The position numbers were made by a program, and so were the translations under genes. Positions 1 through 8,202 of a DNA stretch of 64,000 bases are shown here, one piece after another (the first letter of the stretch is position 1; each line of letters begins with the position of its first letter). The notes under the pieces are model-generated. The model saw only the letters and a program-made list of their open reading frames with translations, was not told the origin of the DNA and made no database searches. This DNA comes from a virus (lineage: Duplodnaviria > Heunggongvirae > Uroviricota > Caudoviricetes), in IMG/VR virus record IMGVR_UViG_3300046820_000635. The stretch is one strand, 5' to 3'.

Positions 1-735
1 CGCGGCCTCAAGTACGGTGATGCAGACGCTCTCGCAGAAGTTAAGACTTGGCAAGAACATCAATCGTTCTATCTCACAGAGATGTCAGTTGAGTTGGCAA
101 AAGAGCGTGGTAAGTGTTTAGGTTCAGATCAAACACGTTATGGTCAAGGTAAGTTTCCGTGGGAGCTACGTGCCAAGGGTGTTAATGAACTAACAGACTT
201 TACCCCAGAACTAGACTGGGAAACATTAAGAGCACAGATGATTCAATACGGTGTTCGTAATGCTACTAATGGTGCTATTGCTCCTGTTGAGTCCAGCTCA
301 GTTGTTATTGGTTCAACCAACGGTATTGAAATGCCGATGAGTTTGATCAGTACCAAAGAATCGAAGGCCGGCTCGTTCACGCAGGTCGTACCTGAGTATC
401 ACAATGCCAAGGTTCGTAAGAACTATCAACTGATGTGGGAACAGACAGACTGCGAAGGTTATCTAAAGACTAGTGCTGTGTTAGCTGCCTATACTGATCA
501 GAGCATTAGTACTAATACATTCTACAATCCGGCAAACTATCCTGATCGAAAAGTACCAACGACACTGATTGCTAAGAATTTAATGCAGGCACACATGTGG
601 GGTATTAAGACATTCTACTATAGCTTGATCAATAAGGCAGGTAGCAAACAGACTGCCGAAGAAGCACCGTCTCAAACTCCGTTAGCAGTCATTGATTATG
701 ATGATACAGAAGATTGTGAGGCCTGTAAGCTATGA
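1..735 (+). CDS. nrdA: Ribonucleoside-diphosphate reductase alpha subunit, C-terminal part (5' end lies outside the window)
   Basis: Frame 1 is open from base 1. C-terminal tail ...DYDDTEDCEACKL carries the CxxC redox pair typical of class Ia NrdA. Immediately followed by nrdB and a glutaredoxin. Confidence 0.8.
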   Translation, partial: RGLKYGDADALAEVKTWQEHQSFYLTEMSVELAKERGKCLGSDQTRYGQGKFPWELRAKGVNELTDFTPELDWETLRAQMIQYGVRNATNGAIAPVESSSVVIGSTNGIEMPMSLISTKESKAGSFTQVVPEYHNAKVRKNYQLMWEQTDCEGYLKTSAVLAAYTDQSISTNTFYNPANYPDRKVPTTLIAKNLMQAHMWGIKTFYYSLINKAGSKQTAEEAPSQTPLAVIDYDDTEDCEACKL

Positions 736-1280
736 CCTTTAGTTTCTTAAGAAATGTCCTAAAGGAAGGTAGAGAGCATAAGTTAGAAATTTATGCACTA
801 CCTTACGAATCTGATGAGTTGAATCCTGCAATTTCTAAAGACACAATCGACTACCATTATGGCAAGTTGGCCAAGGCCTATGCAGAGCGCTATAATAATA
901 ACGAAGGTGATGCAGGATTTAATGAAGCAGGAGTATTCTTGCATAATATCTTGTTTCAACAATATCAAACTCCTAAGAGTTCAAACAAACCCACGGGCGG
1001 TATTGAAGATTTTATCATCGACCACTATGTGACTTTTGATTTGTTTAAAGATGAGTTTGCTAAAGTAGCAATGAGCATACAAGGTAGCGGTTGGGTTTAT
1101 CTAGCCAAAGATGGCAAGATTAAAACTATCAAAAATCACGAGATTAAGAAAGACATTGTATTATTGATCGACTGGTGGGAACATGCAATGTACGATTATA
1201 AATGGGACAAAAAATCATACCTCACTAACCAATGGAAAATCATCAACTGGGATCATATAAATGTTAGAAACAATATGTGA
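732..1280 (+). CDS. sod: Fe/Mn superoxide dismutase
   Basis: LPYESDELNPAISKDTIDYHYGK (N-terminal His ligand), FLHNILF (second His), IDWWEHAMYDYKWD...NWDHIN (Asp/His ligand motif D-x-W-E-H). 182 aa. Confidence 0.8.
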   Translation: MTFSFLRNVLKEGREHKLEIYALPYESDELNPAISKDTIDYHYGKLAKAYAERYNNNEGDAGFNEAGVFLHNILFQQYQTPKSSNKPTGGIEDFIIDHYVTFDLFKDEFAKVAMSIQGSGWVYLAKDGKIKTIKNHEIKKDIVLLIDWWEHAMYDYKWDKKSYLTNQWKIINWDHINVRNNM

Positions 1281-1881
1281 TATTATGGTAGACGCTTATA
1301 AGCGTAACTGGATTACTAGTCGTGATGGCAATGTAAGTATTCGTCACCACGACCGTGATCACTTTTACATTACACCTAGTGGTGTGCGTAAGCAAACTCT
1401 ACAACCTGATCAGTTTAAGAAAATCAGTATTCATGGCTTACTATGGCAAGAAGAATTCTATTCTGATATTAGTGCTAACTTAAAGCCTAGTGGTGAGATA
1501 CCATTACACTTTGGATTACAACGAGCAATGGGTCAACATAGTAATGATGTTCGAGTAGTAGTTCACGTACATCCTACTTATTGCATTGCGGCCATGCACG
1601 CCGGTATCAACCTTAGTACTATCAGCGATGCATTTCCGGAACTCAATCGCTATACAAAAGTTGCACCCAATGTCGGTGATGTACCTCCTATCAGTCAAGC
1701 ACTTGCTGACCAGTGCCATAAGAACTTACAGTTAGACAGCAACGGAAATATTGCCTACGACATAGTAGGTATCAAAGGTCATGGCGTGGTTGCCATTGAT
1801 ACTAGTCCATGGCGTGCTTACGAGCACATTGAAAGACTAGAACACATCTGCAAGATAGTACTTGCTTCGGGAAAATATTAA
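1261..1881 (+). CDS. Class II aldolase/adducin-family protein (ribulose-5-P 4-epimerase / fuculose-P aldolase-like)
   Basis: GNVSIR...FYITPSGV and VVVHVHPTYCIAA motifs. Start may be the ATG at 1285. Confidence 0.6.
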   Translation: MLETICDIMVDAYKRNWITSRDGNVSIRHHDRDHFYITPSGVRKQTLQPDQFKKISIHGLLWQEEFYSDISANLKPSGEIPLHFGLQRAMGQHSNDVRVVVHVHPTYCIAAMHAGINLSTISDAFPELNRYTKVAPNVGDVPPISQALADQCHKNLQLDSNGNIAYDIVGIKGHGVVAIDTSPWRAYEHIERLEHICKIVLASGKY

Positions 1882-1882
1882 A

Positions 1883-2983
1883 ATGTCAAAACAACAATAC
1901 AATCTAACAACAAAAACAGACTATCTTAATCGCAAGATGTTTCTAGATCCAGCAGGACCGGTTACTATCCAACGTTTTGAAGAAGTAAAGTACAAGAAGA
2001 TTGCAGACTTTGAAACAACAGCACGTGGTTTCTTTTGGGTACCGGAAGAAGTTTCACTGACAAAAGACAGTCAAGATTTTAAAGATGCTAGTGATGCAGT
2101 CAAGCACATCTTCACTAGCAACCTTCTAAGACAAACAGCACTAGATAGTTTACAAGGTCGCGGCCCAAGTCAAATCTTTACTCCGGTTGTTAGTCTGCCA
2201 GAGCTAGAAAGTCTAATGTTCAACTGGAGCTTCTTCGAAACTAACATTCATAGTCGTTCATACAGCCATATCATCCGCAACATCTACAACGTGCCCAAGG
2301 AAGTGTTCAACACTATCCACGATACTACAGAGATTGTATCCATGGCATCTAGTGTAGGCAAGTATTATGATGATCTACATTTAATCAACTGCCGTAAAGA
2401 AATCGGCGAAGTGATTACAGAGCACGAACACATCAAGGCAATCTGGTTAGCACTAAATGCCAGCTATGCACTAGAAGCATTCCGCTTTATGGTATCGTTT
2501 GCTACATCGTTGGCCATGGTCGAGAACAAGATCTTTATTGGTAACGGTAACATCATCAGTTTAATCCTTCAGGACGAGTTGTTGCACAAAGGGTGGACTG
2601 CTTACCTAATCAATCAAGTAGTTAAAGAAGACCCGCGCTTTGCTAAAATGAAGATTGAGTGCGAAGCAGAAGTCTATGCATTGTACATGGATGTTATCCG
2701 TGAAGAAAAAGAGTGGGCAGAATATCTGTTCAAGAAAGGTCCTGTGATTGGTCTTAATGCAAACATTTTGAAAGAGTTCGTTGACTATACTGCCCGCGAT
2801 GCTCTGCATCAGATTGGTATTAAGTATCTTGCACCTAGTCCAAAGTCAACTCCTATTCCTTGGTTCAACAAGCATAGCGATACCAGCAAGAAACAAACAG
2901 CACTACAAGAAAATGAAAGTACTAACTATGTCATCGGTGTAATGAGTGAAAAGTTAGATTACGATGAACTGCCAGCTATTTAA
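1883..2983 (+). CDS. nrdB: Ribonucleotide reductase beta subunit (diiron/tyrosyl radical)
   Basis: MSKQQYN start. NWSFFETNIHSRSYSHIIRNIY ferritin-like diiron motif. Acidic C-terminal tail for alpha-subunit binding. The ORF track starts at 1862, but the ATG at 1883 is more likely. Confidence 0.85.
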   Translation: MSKQQYNLTTKTDYLNRKMFLDPAGPVTIQRFEEVKYKKIADFETTARGFFWVPEEVSLTKDSQDFKDASDAVKHIFTSNLLRQTALDSLQGRGPSQIFTPVVSLPELESLMFNWSFFETNIHSRSYSHIIRNIYNVPKEVFNTIHDTTEIVSMASSVGKYYDDLHLINCRKEIGEVITEHEHIKAIWLALNASYALEAFRFMVSFATSLAMVENKIFIGNGNIISLILQDELLHKGWTAYLINQVVKEDPRFAKMKIECEAEVYALYMDVIREEKEWAEYLFKKGPVIGLNANILKEFVDYTARDALHQIGIKYLAPSPKSTPIPWFNKHSDTSKKQTALQENESTNYVIGVMSEKLDYDELPAI

Positions 2984-3002
2984 AATTTATTAAGGAAGAA
3001 AA

Positions 3003-3227
3003 ATGAAAGCTATCGTTTGGTCTAAGTACCACTGCCCATTTTGCGATCAAGCAAAGGCATTATTAACACAGAAAGGTATTACCTTCGAAGAACGAAAGAT
3101 CGGAGACGGATATTCAAAAGAAGATCTATTAGAAGCTGTACCGACAGCAAGAACTGTTCCGCAGATTTTTATCGGCGAACAGCACATCGGCGGATTTACA
3201 GAACTTAAAGCACACCTACAAGGATAA
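3003..3227 (+). CDS. Glutaredoxin (RNR-associated hydrogen donor)
   Basis: 74 aa. CPFC active site at the N-terminus (WSKYHCPFCDQAKALL). Adjacent to nrdAB. Confidence 0.8.
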   Translation: MKAIVWSKYHCPFCDQAKALLTQKGITFEERKIGDGYSKEDLLEAVPTARTVPQIFIGEQHIGGFTELKAHLQG

Positions 3228-3228
3228 T

Positions 3229-3519
3229 ATGTTAATCGATAAAGGCGCAACAGAAGGCGAAGTAGTAACGCTAAAACTTACTAGCGGAGAAGAACTGGTA
3301 GCAAAGTTAGTAGAAGATGGACCTATGTTTTACAAACTAGGAAGACCTATGGTATTAACTATGGCACAACAAGGACTAGGAATGGTTCCTTACCTGTTTA
3401 CTGTAAATCCAGATAAGGATGTTAAATTGTTTAAATCTACAGTAACAGTTATTGAAGCAACCGATAAGTCGTTTGCCGATGCTTACATTCAGCAGACCAC
3501 TGGTATCAAGTTGGTGTAA
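3229..3519 (+). CDS. hypothetical protein
   Basis: 96 aa ORF, ATGA-coupled to the glutaredoxin gene. Confidence 0.4.
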   Translation: MLIDKGATEGEVVTLKLTSGEELVAKLVEDGPMFYKLGRPMVLTMAQQGLGMVPYLFTVNPDKDVKLFKSTVTVIEATDKSFADAYIQQTTGIKLV

Positions 3520-3529
3520 ATAAAAGATA

Positions 3530-4519
3530 ATGACATCCCCTACTATCAACCCGTCCAACTCGCCCTCTACTTCGGTAGGCGGGCACTTTTTAGTCCCGCA
3601 CACACATAACTTTACATCTGTTGTGGGCCTACGGTTTGGGCCCGATGGTAGAGTTGAGCCTGTGTACGATTCTGCTGACGTCAAGGCAAATAATCAAGTT
3701 ATTGCTCTCTATAACGCAGCCACACCTAAATCGGCTTTTAGTCAAAGTACTGTTCCTCCAGTTACAGTTATACAGGCTGTGCAGAACGAAGATGGAGAAG
3801 ATACTACTCGTGGTAAAGCCGAAGCTGATCGATTCCTTGCTGAAGGAAAAATCACTAAGAAAGAATACGAAGAAATCACTAAAGAAGTTAAACCTGCTGG
3901 AACAGGAACGCCACCTAGTGCCGTAACAGTTAGAGGACAGGATATCACTCCTGTGAGTGAAGGTGACTTTAAGATGTCTACAGTGTTAACACCTAACGGC
4001 ACAACACTGGGCGATATGATTTCCAAGGTAACATTTCCTAGAACAATCCCTCAACTCAGCGAAGGATTTCCGGGAATGACCCCCGCACAGATTGTCAACA
4101 ATCTTGCTGCTCTAGCTCTCAATATTGTTGAACCAGTCAAGCGTCAATATCCAAAAGCATTTCTTACTAATAGTTTCCGCCATGGCGCAAGTATTGGTGG
4201 CGGGCAGCATGGCACCGGACAGGCCTGTGATATACAAATTCGAGGATTGGCAGCACACGACTACTACGATGTTGCATTGTGGATGAGCAAGAATCTACCA
4301 TATGATCAATTATTGTTAGAGTATATGCCCGGAAAGACAGTGTGGATACATATAAGCTATGCAATACCTAATCTACCATACGGTGGAAAATGGATATCTC
4401 AAACTAAACCTCAAAATAAACTAGCAACATTAAGTGCTGCCGCCGGGGGAAAGTTTTTACCGAATCTGCATTCTGATGTAGTTGTGGCAGCAGTACCAAA
4501 TAGAGTAGTAGCAGCATAA
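3530..4519 (+). CDS. Protein with C-terminal peptidase M15-like (zinc D-Ala-D-Ala carboxypeptidase fold) domain
   Basis: FRHGASIGGGQHGTGQACDIQI fits the R..GG...H..G.A.D zinc-site signature of M15/DUF882. A later WIHISY supplies the second His. The N-terminus is Ser/Pro/Thr-rich. Confidence 0.55.
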   Translation: MTSPTINPSNSPSTSVGGHFLVPHTHNFTSVVGLRFGPDGRVEPVYDSADVKANNQVIALYNAATPKSAFSQSTVPPVTVIQAVQNEDGEDTTRGKAEADRFLAEGKITKKEYEEITKEVKPAGTGTPPSAVTVRGQDITPVSEGDFKMSTVLTPNGTTLGDMISKVTFPRTIPQLSEGFPGMTPAQIVNNLAALALNIVEPVKRQYPKAFLTNSFRHGASIGGGQHGTGQACDIQIRGLAAHDYYDVALWMSKNLPYDQLLLEYMPGKTVWIHISYAIPNLPYGGKWISQTKPQNKLATLSAAAGGKFLPNLHSDVVVAAVPNRVVAA

Positions 4520-4929
4520 TGAAAAAGTTTTTATGGAACGTATTAGGTTTCCTGTGTTTAGGTTTAGCCTACTTGGGAGTTATTACTCCCGGATTACCTT
4601 ATAGCATTTGGGTAGTGGCAGCAGCCTATTGTTTCAGCAAGGGCAGCGAACGTATGCACAACTGGATTATGAATCACAAGTTGTTTGGCCCATTCTTACG
4701 TAATTGGGGAGAGAAACGTGTTTTCCCTCAGAAGATGAAATACTTCATGTTGGGTATGATGAGTTTAAGTCTAGTTCTCATGTACTTGGGCGGAGTTAAA
4801 CTTATTGGTATAATCAGTACCGCAGTCTTTATGGCCATTGTTGCTATCTGGGCATGGAGATATCCTTCCTCTGTTGAGGAGCACGACCGTAGAAAAGAAA
4901 CAGGAGAGAAGATAGGATGGCTAAAATAA
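4519..4929 (+). CDS. YbaN/DUF454-family inner membrane protein
   Basis: LGFLCLGLAYLGVITPGLPYSIWVVAAAYCFSKGSERMHNWIMNHKLFGPFLRNW closely matches the YbaN pattern. 136 aa. ATGA-coupled. Confidence 0.6.
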   Translation: MKKFLWNVLGFLCLGLAYLGVITPGLPYSIWVVAAAYCFSKGSERMHNWIMNHKLFGPFLRNWGEKRVFPQKMKYFMLGMMSLSLVLMYLGGVKLIGIISTAVFMAIVAIWAWRYPSSVEEHDRRKETGEKIGWLK

Positions 4930-5165
4930 CTATCGACGAGTTGGTTGAACTGGCATTTGCTGTAGAAGAAGGAGATCCTTTTGATTGGAGCACATTCAAA
5001 CAGGGCAAAGAACAGGCAATGCGTATGATTGCTGCAAGTATAATAGAACAGTTTGACAAAGACGATGTCAATGATCAAGATCAAATTATTATGTTGGCAA
5101 CTATCACTAAGTTAGTTACTGAAAATATGATTCTACATGCACAACTAATGCAGGCAAAGAAATGA
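4917..5165 (+). CDS. hypothetical protein
   Basis: 82 aa acidic ORF, overlapping start and stop. Confidence 0.35.
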   Translation: MAKITIDELVELAFAVEEGDPFDWSTFKQGKEQAMRMIAASIIEQFDKDDVNDQDQIIMLATITKLVTENMILHAQLMQAKK

Positions 5166-5464
5166 AATGCGAAAAGGGCGATTTAGCCAAAATCATTCAC
5201 AGTATACGCCCTACTAACATAGGTAAAACTGTGTTAGTTGAAGAGTATATTGGGCATCTTAAAGAAGGCGAAGTATTTCAGTTTCGTGGTATTTTATGCA
5301 AGGCAATAATTACAGATCATTATTGGTGGATAGAAACTGAATATGGTCTCCAAAATATGCTAGGCGATACGCCAAAAGCATATATTCCAGACACTTGGTT
5401 AGATCCAATACGTCCGGAAAAACAAGTCCAAAAAGAAAAAGTAGATATTGACATCTTTGCCTAA
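5162..5464 (+). CDS. hypothetical protein
   Basis: 100 aa ORF, ATGA-coupled. Confidence 0.35.
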   Translation: MKCEKGDLAKIIHSIRPTNIGKTVLVEEYIGHLKEGEVFQFRGILCKAIITDHYWWIETEYGLQNMLGDTPKAYIPDTWLDPIRPEKQVQKEKVDIDIFA

Positions 5465-5466
5465 AG

Positions 5467-6342
5467 ATGTTTAAATATAAGTTATTGCTGTATGAAGCGA
5501 TGAGAAATAAGTTCAAGACGCGGGGCCGAATAGGCAGCATCGAAGTATCGTCCAGCATAAATACATTTATGTATTACTATGTCTATCAAATAACAAACTT
5601 GTTAAACGGTAAGATTTATGTTGGGAAACATAAATCTTCCAAACATCCTTCTGAAAATCAATACTACGGTTCAGGAAAGCAAATCACTGCCGCTATTAAA
5701 AAATACGGCGTAGAAAACTTCAAGAAAGAAGTCTTGCATTATTGTTCTTCTTTAGAAGAAATGGCAGACAAAGAAGCAGAAGTTGTCACAGAAGATTTTG
5801 TAAAAAGACCCGATACATATAACATGCACAAAGGCGGCCCGGGAGGTTGGGACCACTACAACGGCAGCAAAGAGCACAGTGAAAATTCCCGCAAAGGCGG
5901 GAAAAAAGGTGCCAAGCGATTGAATGACTTTATAGCAGAACAAAAAGCCAACAACACAGAATGGTGGCAAAATTGGTATGCTACAGTTGTCGAACAAAAT
6001 CGTGCCAAGAATTCCAATGGCTGGAGCAATTTTACTCCCGACGAATATGAGCAGAGACGAGCACAAGCAAGTAAGTTAGCAACCGGAGAGGGCAATAGTC
6101 AATACGGTAAGATTTGGATCTCAAATGTATTGACTAAAGAAGTAAAACGTATTACAATCAATGATACTATTCCACAAGGATGGGTCAGAGGAAAGAAAGG
6201 GCACGTTCCTACAAAACTTTGGGTAAATAATGGTGTTAAGGAACATTATATCTTACTTGAAAAGAAACAAGAATATGTCCTTAAAGGTTTTAGTAGTGGC
6301 AGACTTAAATCAAGTATGTTACGAACGAGTATAGTAGTTTAA
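5467..6342 (+). CDS. GIY-YIG homing endonuclease (Seg-like)
   Basis: YYYVYQITNLLNGKIYVGKH (GIY-YIG core), later YYGSG and NFKKEV. Basic C-terminal DNA-binding half. The true start may be the ATG at 5569. Confidence 0.75.
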   Translation: MFKYKLLLYEAMRNKFKTRGRIGSIEVSSSINTFMYYYVYQITNLLNGKIYVGKHKSSKHPSENQYYGSGKQITAAIKKYGVENFKKEVLHYCSSLEEMADKEAEVVTEDFVKRPDTYNMHKGGPGGWDHYNGSKEHSENSRKGGKKGAKRLNDFIAEQKANNTEWWQNWYATVVEQNRAKNSNGWSNFTPDEYEQRRAQASKLATGEGNSQYGKIWISNVLTKEVKRITINDTIPQGWVRGKKGHVPTKLWVNNGVKEHYILLEKKQEYVLKGFSSGRLKSSMLRTSIVV

Positions 6343-6360
6343 TGCTTCGATAGAAAGAAG

Positions 6361-6397
6361 TTCTGGACCCGGCTATCGTATGCCGGCAGGTCCACCA
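6361..6397 (+). ncRNA. ssrA: Putative tmRNA acceptor piece (T-arm-like hairpin plus 3' acceptor strand CAGGUCC-ACCA) of a permuted ssrA gene
   Basis: CAGGTCCACCA (6387-6397) is exactly complementary to GGGCCTG at 6539-6545, giving a G3:U70 pair (Ala identity) plus an ACCA tail. It is preceded by the hairpin CCGGC-tatcgtat-GCCGG. Confidence 0.5.
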
Positions 6398-6538
6398 AAA
6401 GAAAATATATGATTGATAAACCATTACCACCAGCAACAAAATATTGGTGTGACGCATGTGGAACTTTAGAAAGTCCAGATAAACACAAAAATATTTTTTG
6501 TAAGTTGTTTAAATGGTTAGATAGTGTTTTCTTTTGAT

Positions 6539-6750
6539 GGGCCTGAAAGGTTTCGACAGGGCAACAAGTATTGACAAGATCTACTCGGCAATGTAGAAGC
6601 CGTTAGGATTGGGGTCTCCCGGTCGAAGAAGCAAAACAAAGTAAACGCAAACGACTCACAGTTCGCATTAGCTGCCTAAACTCAGCTTAGGGTAAGACAT
6701 ACCTCGTAACAGAAACTCAAGAAGGCTACTTCGGTAGCCTTTCTCTTGAT
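6539..6750 (+). ncRNA. ssrA: Putative tmRNA coding piece: 5' acceptor strand GGGCCUG, UUCGAC D-analog, tag reading frame AND SQF ALAA ending in stop
   Basis: GGGCCTGAAAGGTTTCGACAGGG resembles the E. coli tmRNA 5' end GGGGCUGAUUCUGGAUUCGACGGG. gcaaacgactcacagttcgcattagctgcctaa (6647-6679) encodes ANDSQFALAA*. No downstream T-arm or CCA, so a two-piece arrangement is implied. The hairpin GGCTACttcgGTAGCC at 6725-6740 may end the transcript. Confidence 0.6.
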
Positions 6751-6810
6751 CGTGTAAGAAAACTATTATACAATATCAATGTAACTATATAGGTTACTTC
6801 AGTTTATATT

Positions 6811-7113
6811 ATGATAGGTATTGATATTACTAAAATATCAAGGTTTGAAAAGATGATACATTTTCCAGCCTTTCTTAAAAGATTTAATGTCGAAGGCGAT
6901 GATGCTATCTCTGCGGCTAAGACATGGTCCTGTCTTGAGGCTATAGTAAAAGCAGAAGGTCGGTCATTTGCCTACAATAAAATAAAGATTAGATTTCCTG
7001 CAAATAGTTCTCCGGTAGTAGAAGACCCAGAAGGTATCTTACAAGGATCCTATGCACTGTCACTAAGTCATGACGATGACATATTAGTAGCAGTTGCCCT
7101 GCGGCTCATTTAA
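6811..7113 (+). CDS. Holo-ACP synthase-like 4'-phosphopantetheinyl transferase (AcpS family)
   Basis: MIGIDITKISRFEKMI...FLKRFNVEGDDA...AAKTWSCLEAIVKAEG...LSLSHDDDILVAVALR aligns with the bacterial AcpS motifs GIGTDIVEI...KEAAAKA...SLSHEgdyAiA. 100 aa, shorter than typical AcpS. Confidence 0.55.
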   Translation: MIGIDITKISRFEKMIHFPAFLKRFNVEGDDAISAAKTWSCLEAIVKAEGRSFAYNKIKIRFPANSSPVVEDPEGILQGSYALSLSHDDDILVAVALRLI

Positions 7114-7249
7114 AAAAACTATTGCTGCCATAAAAATATATTAGATAAAATCTATTAAAAACGCTTGGTCTATAGCGTAAATAAAAGTATAATATTAAAC
7201 ATAGAACAACAAGTTCTTAATTTTCATTTCACACACAAAGGAGAAACAG

Positions 7250-7789
7250 ATGAAAACAATCGGCGATAAACTAACAGCATTTGCAGTAACAGGTGTTAAG
7301 CCAGGACAACCAGAAGATGCATATTTCACAATCACAGACCAAAGCTTCGAAGGCAAGTGGAAAGTGATTGTGTTCTATCCAAAAGACTTTACATTTGTAT
7401 GTCCAACAGAAATTGTAGCATACGATAAGTTAAACAGTGACTTTGCTGATCGCGATGCTGTATTGCTAACAGGAAGCACAGACAATGAGTTTTGCAAAAC
7501 AGCTTGGCAAAAAGCACACTCGGATCTACAGAAAATCACTCACACTCAGTTTGCCGATACACAGCGTGGTGAGTTGAGCTTAGTTGAACAGCTAGGCGTG
7601 TTCTACGCACCTGCCGGTGCTGCACTTCGTGCAACATTTATTGTTGACCCACAAAACGTTATCCAGCACGTTACAGTGAACAACCTAGATGTTGGTCGTA
7701 GCCCAGAAGAAACACTGCGTATTCTTGACGCATTGCAAACTGGCGAGCTGTGTGCTTGCAACCGTACTATCGGCGGCGAAACACTTTAA
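7250..7789 (+). CDS. 2-Cys peroxiredoxin (AhpC/Prx1 family)
   Basis: VIVFYPKDFTFVCPTEI peroxidatic Cys motif. C-terminal GELCACN resolving Cys region. 179 aa. Confidence 0.85.
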   Translation: MKTIGDKLTAFAVTGVKPGQPEDAYFTITDQSFEGKWKVIVFYPKDFTFVCPTEIVAYDKLNSDFADRDAVLLTGSTDNEFCKTAWQKAHSDLQKITHTQFADTQRGELSLVEQLGVFYAPAGAALRATFIVDPQNVIQHVTVNNLDVGRSPEETLRILDALQTGELCACNRTIGGETL

Positions 7790-7800
7790 TCGGGACTAAC

Positions 7801-8202
7801 ATGTTGGATTGCTTGATCATCGGAGATAGTATTGCTGTAGGAACTAAAATGTTCCGTCCAGAGTGTGTAGATTATGCACAGGGCGGAATTACCAGTCATG
7901 GTTGGAATAAGAAGTACGGCAATAATAATCTATCAGCTAAATCTGTAATCATTAGTCTAAGCACAAATGATTGGGAAAAAGCAGACACTTACGGTATGTT
8001 GATGAACATACGAACAAAAGTAACAGCTGATAGAGTCTTCTGGGTATTGCCTAATGAAGAATCTAAACCTGATGCTGTTAGGCATGTCCAACGTGTTGCG
8101 GCTCAGTTTAACGACACTGTTATTCCCACCACACGTTGGCAGAAAGATAAAATCCATCCTAGTTGGGCCGGTTACAAAAACATTGCGGAGAAAACAAAAT
8201 GA
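7801..8202 (+). CDS. SGNH/GDSL-type hydrolase
   Basis: MLDCLIIGDSIAVG: GDS block at the N-terminus. 133 aa. Start at 7801 preferred over the track start at 7750. Confidence 0.5.
   Translation: MLDCLIIGDSIAVGTKMFRPECVDYAQGGITSHGWNKKYGNNNLSAKSVIISLSTNDWEKADTYGMLMNIRTKVTADRVFWVLPNEESKPDAVRHVQRVAAQFNDTVIPTTRWQKDKIHPSWAGYKNIAEKTK

Noticed and set aside
1516-1719. Short minus-strand ORFs antisense to well-supported genes (for example 1516-1719, 2606-2809, 3047-3250, 15009-15291, 16193-16726, 21114-21553, 29222-29662, 40016-40525, 45793-46131)
   Set aside because: They lie entirely inside strongly supported plus-strand genes (nrd, dnaK, hsp20, csg-like and others), have no RBS and odd composition. 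They are treated as spurious antisense frames.
6679-6810. Standard one-piece tmRNA (looked for a T-arm and CCA downstream of the tag ORF)
   Set aside because: No GGTTCGA-type T-loop or acceptor 3' strand occurs downstream. The complementary acceptor strand with ACCA lies upstream instead, so the permuted arrangement is proposed.
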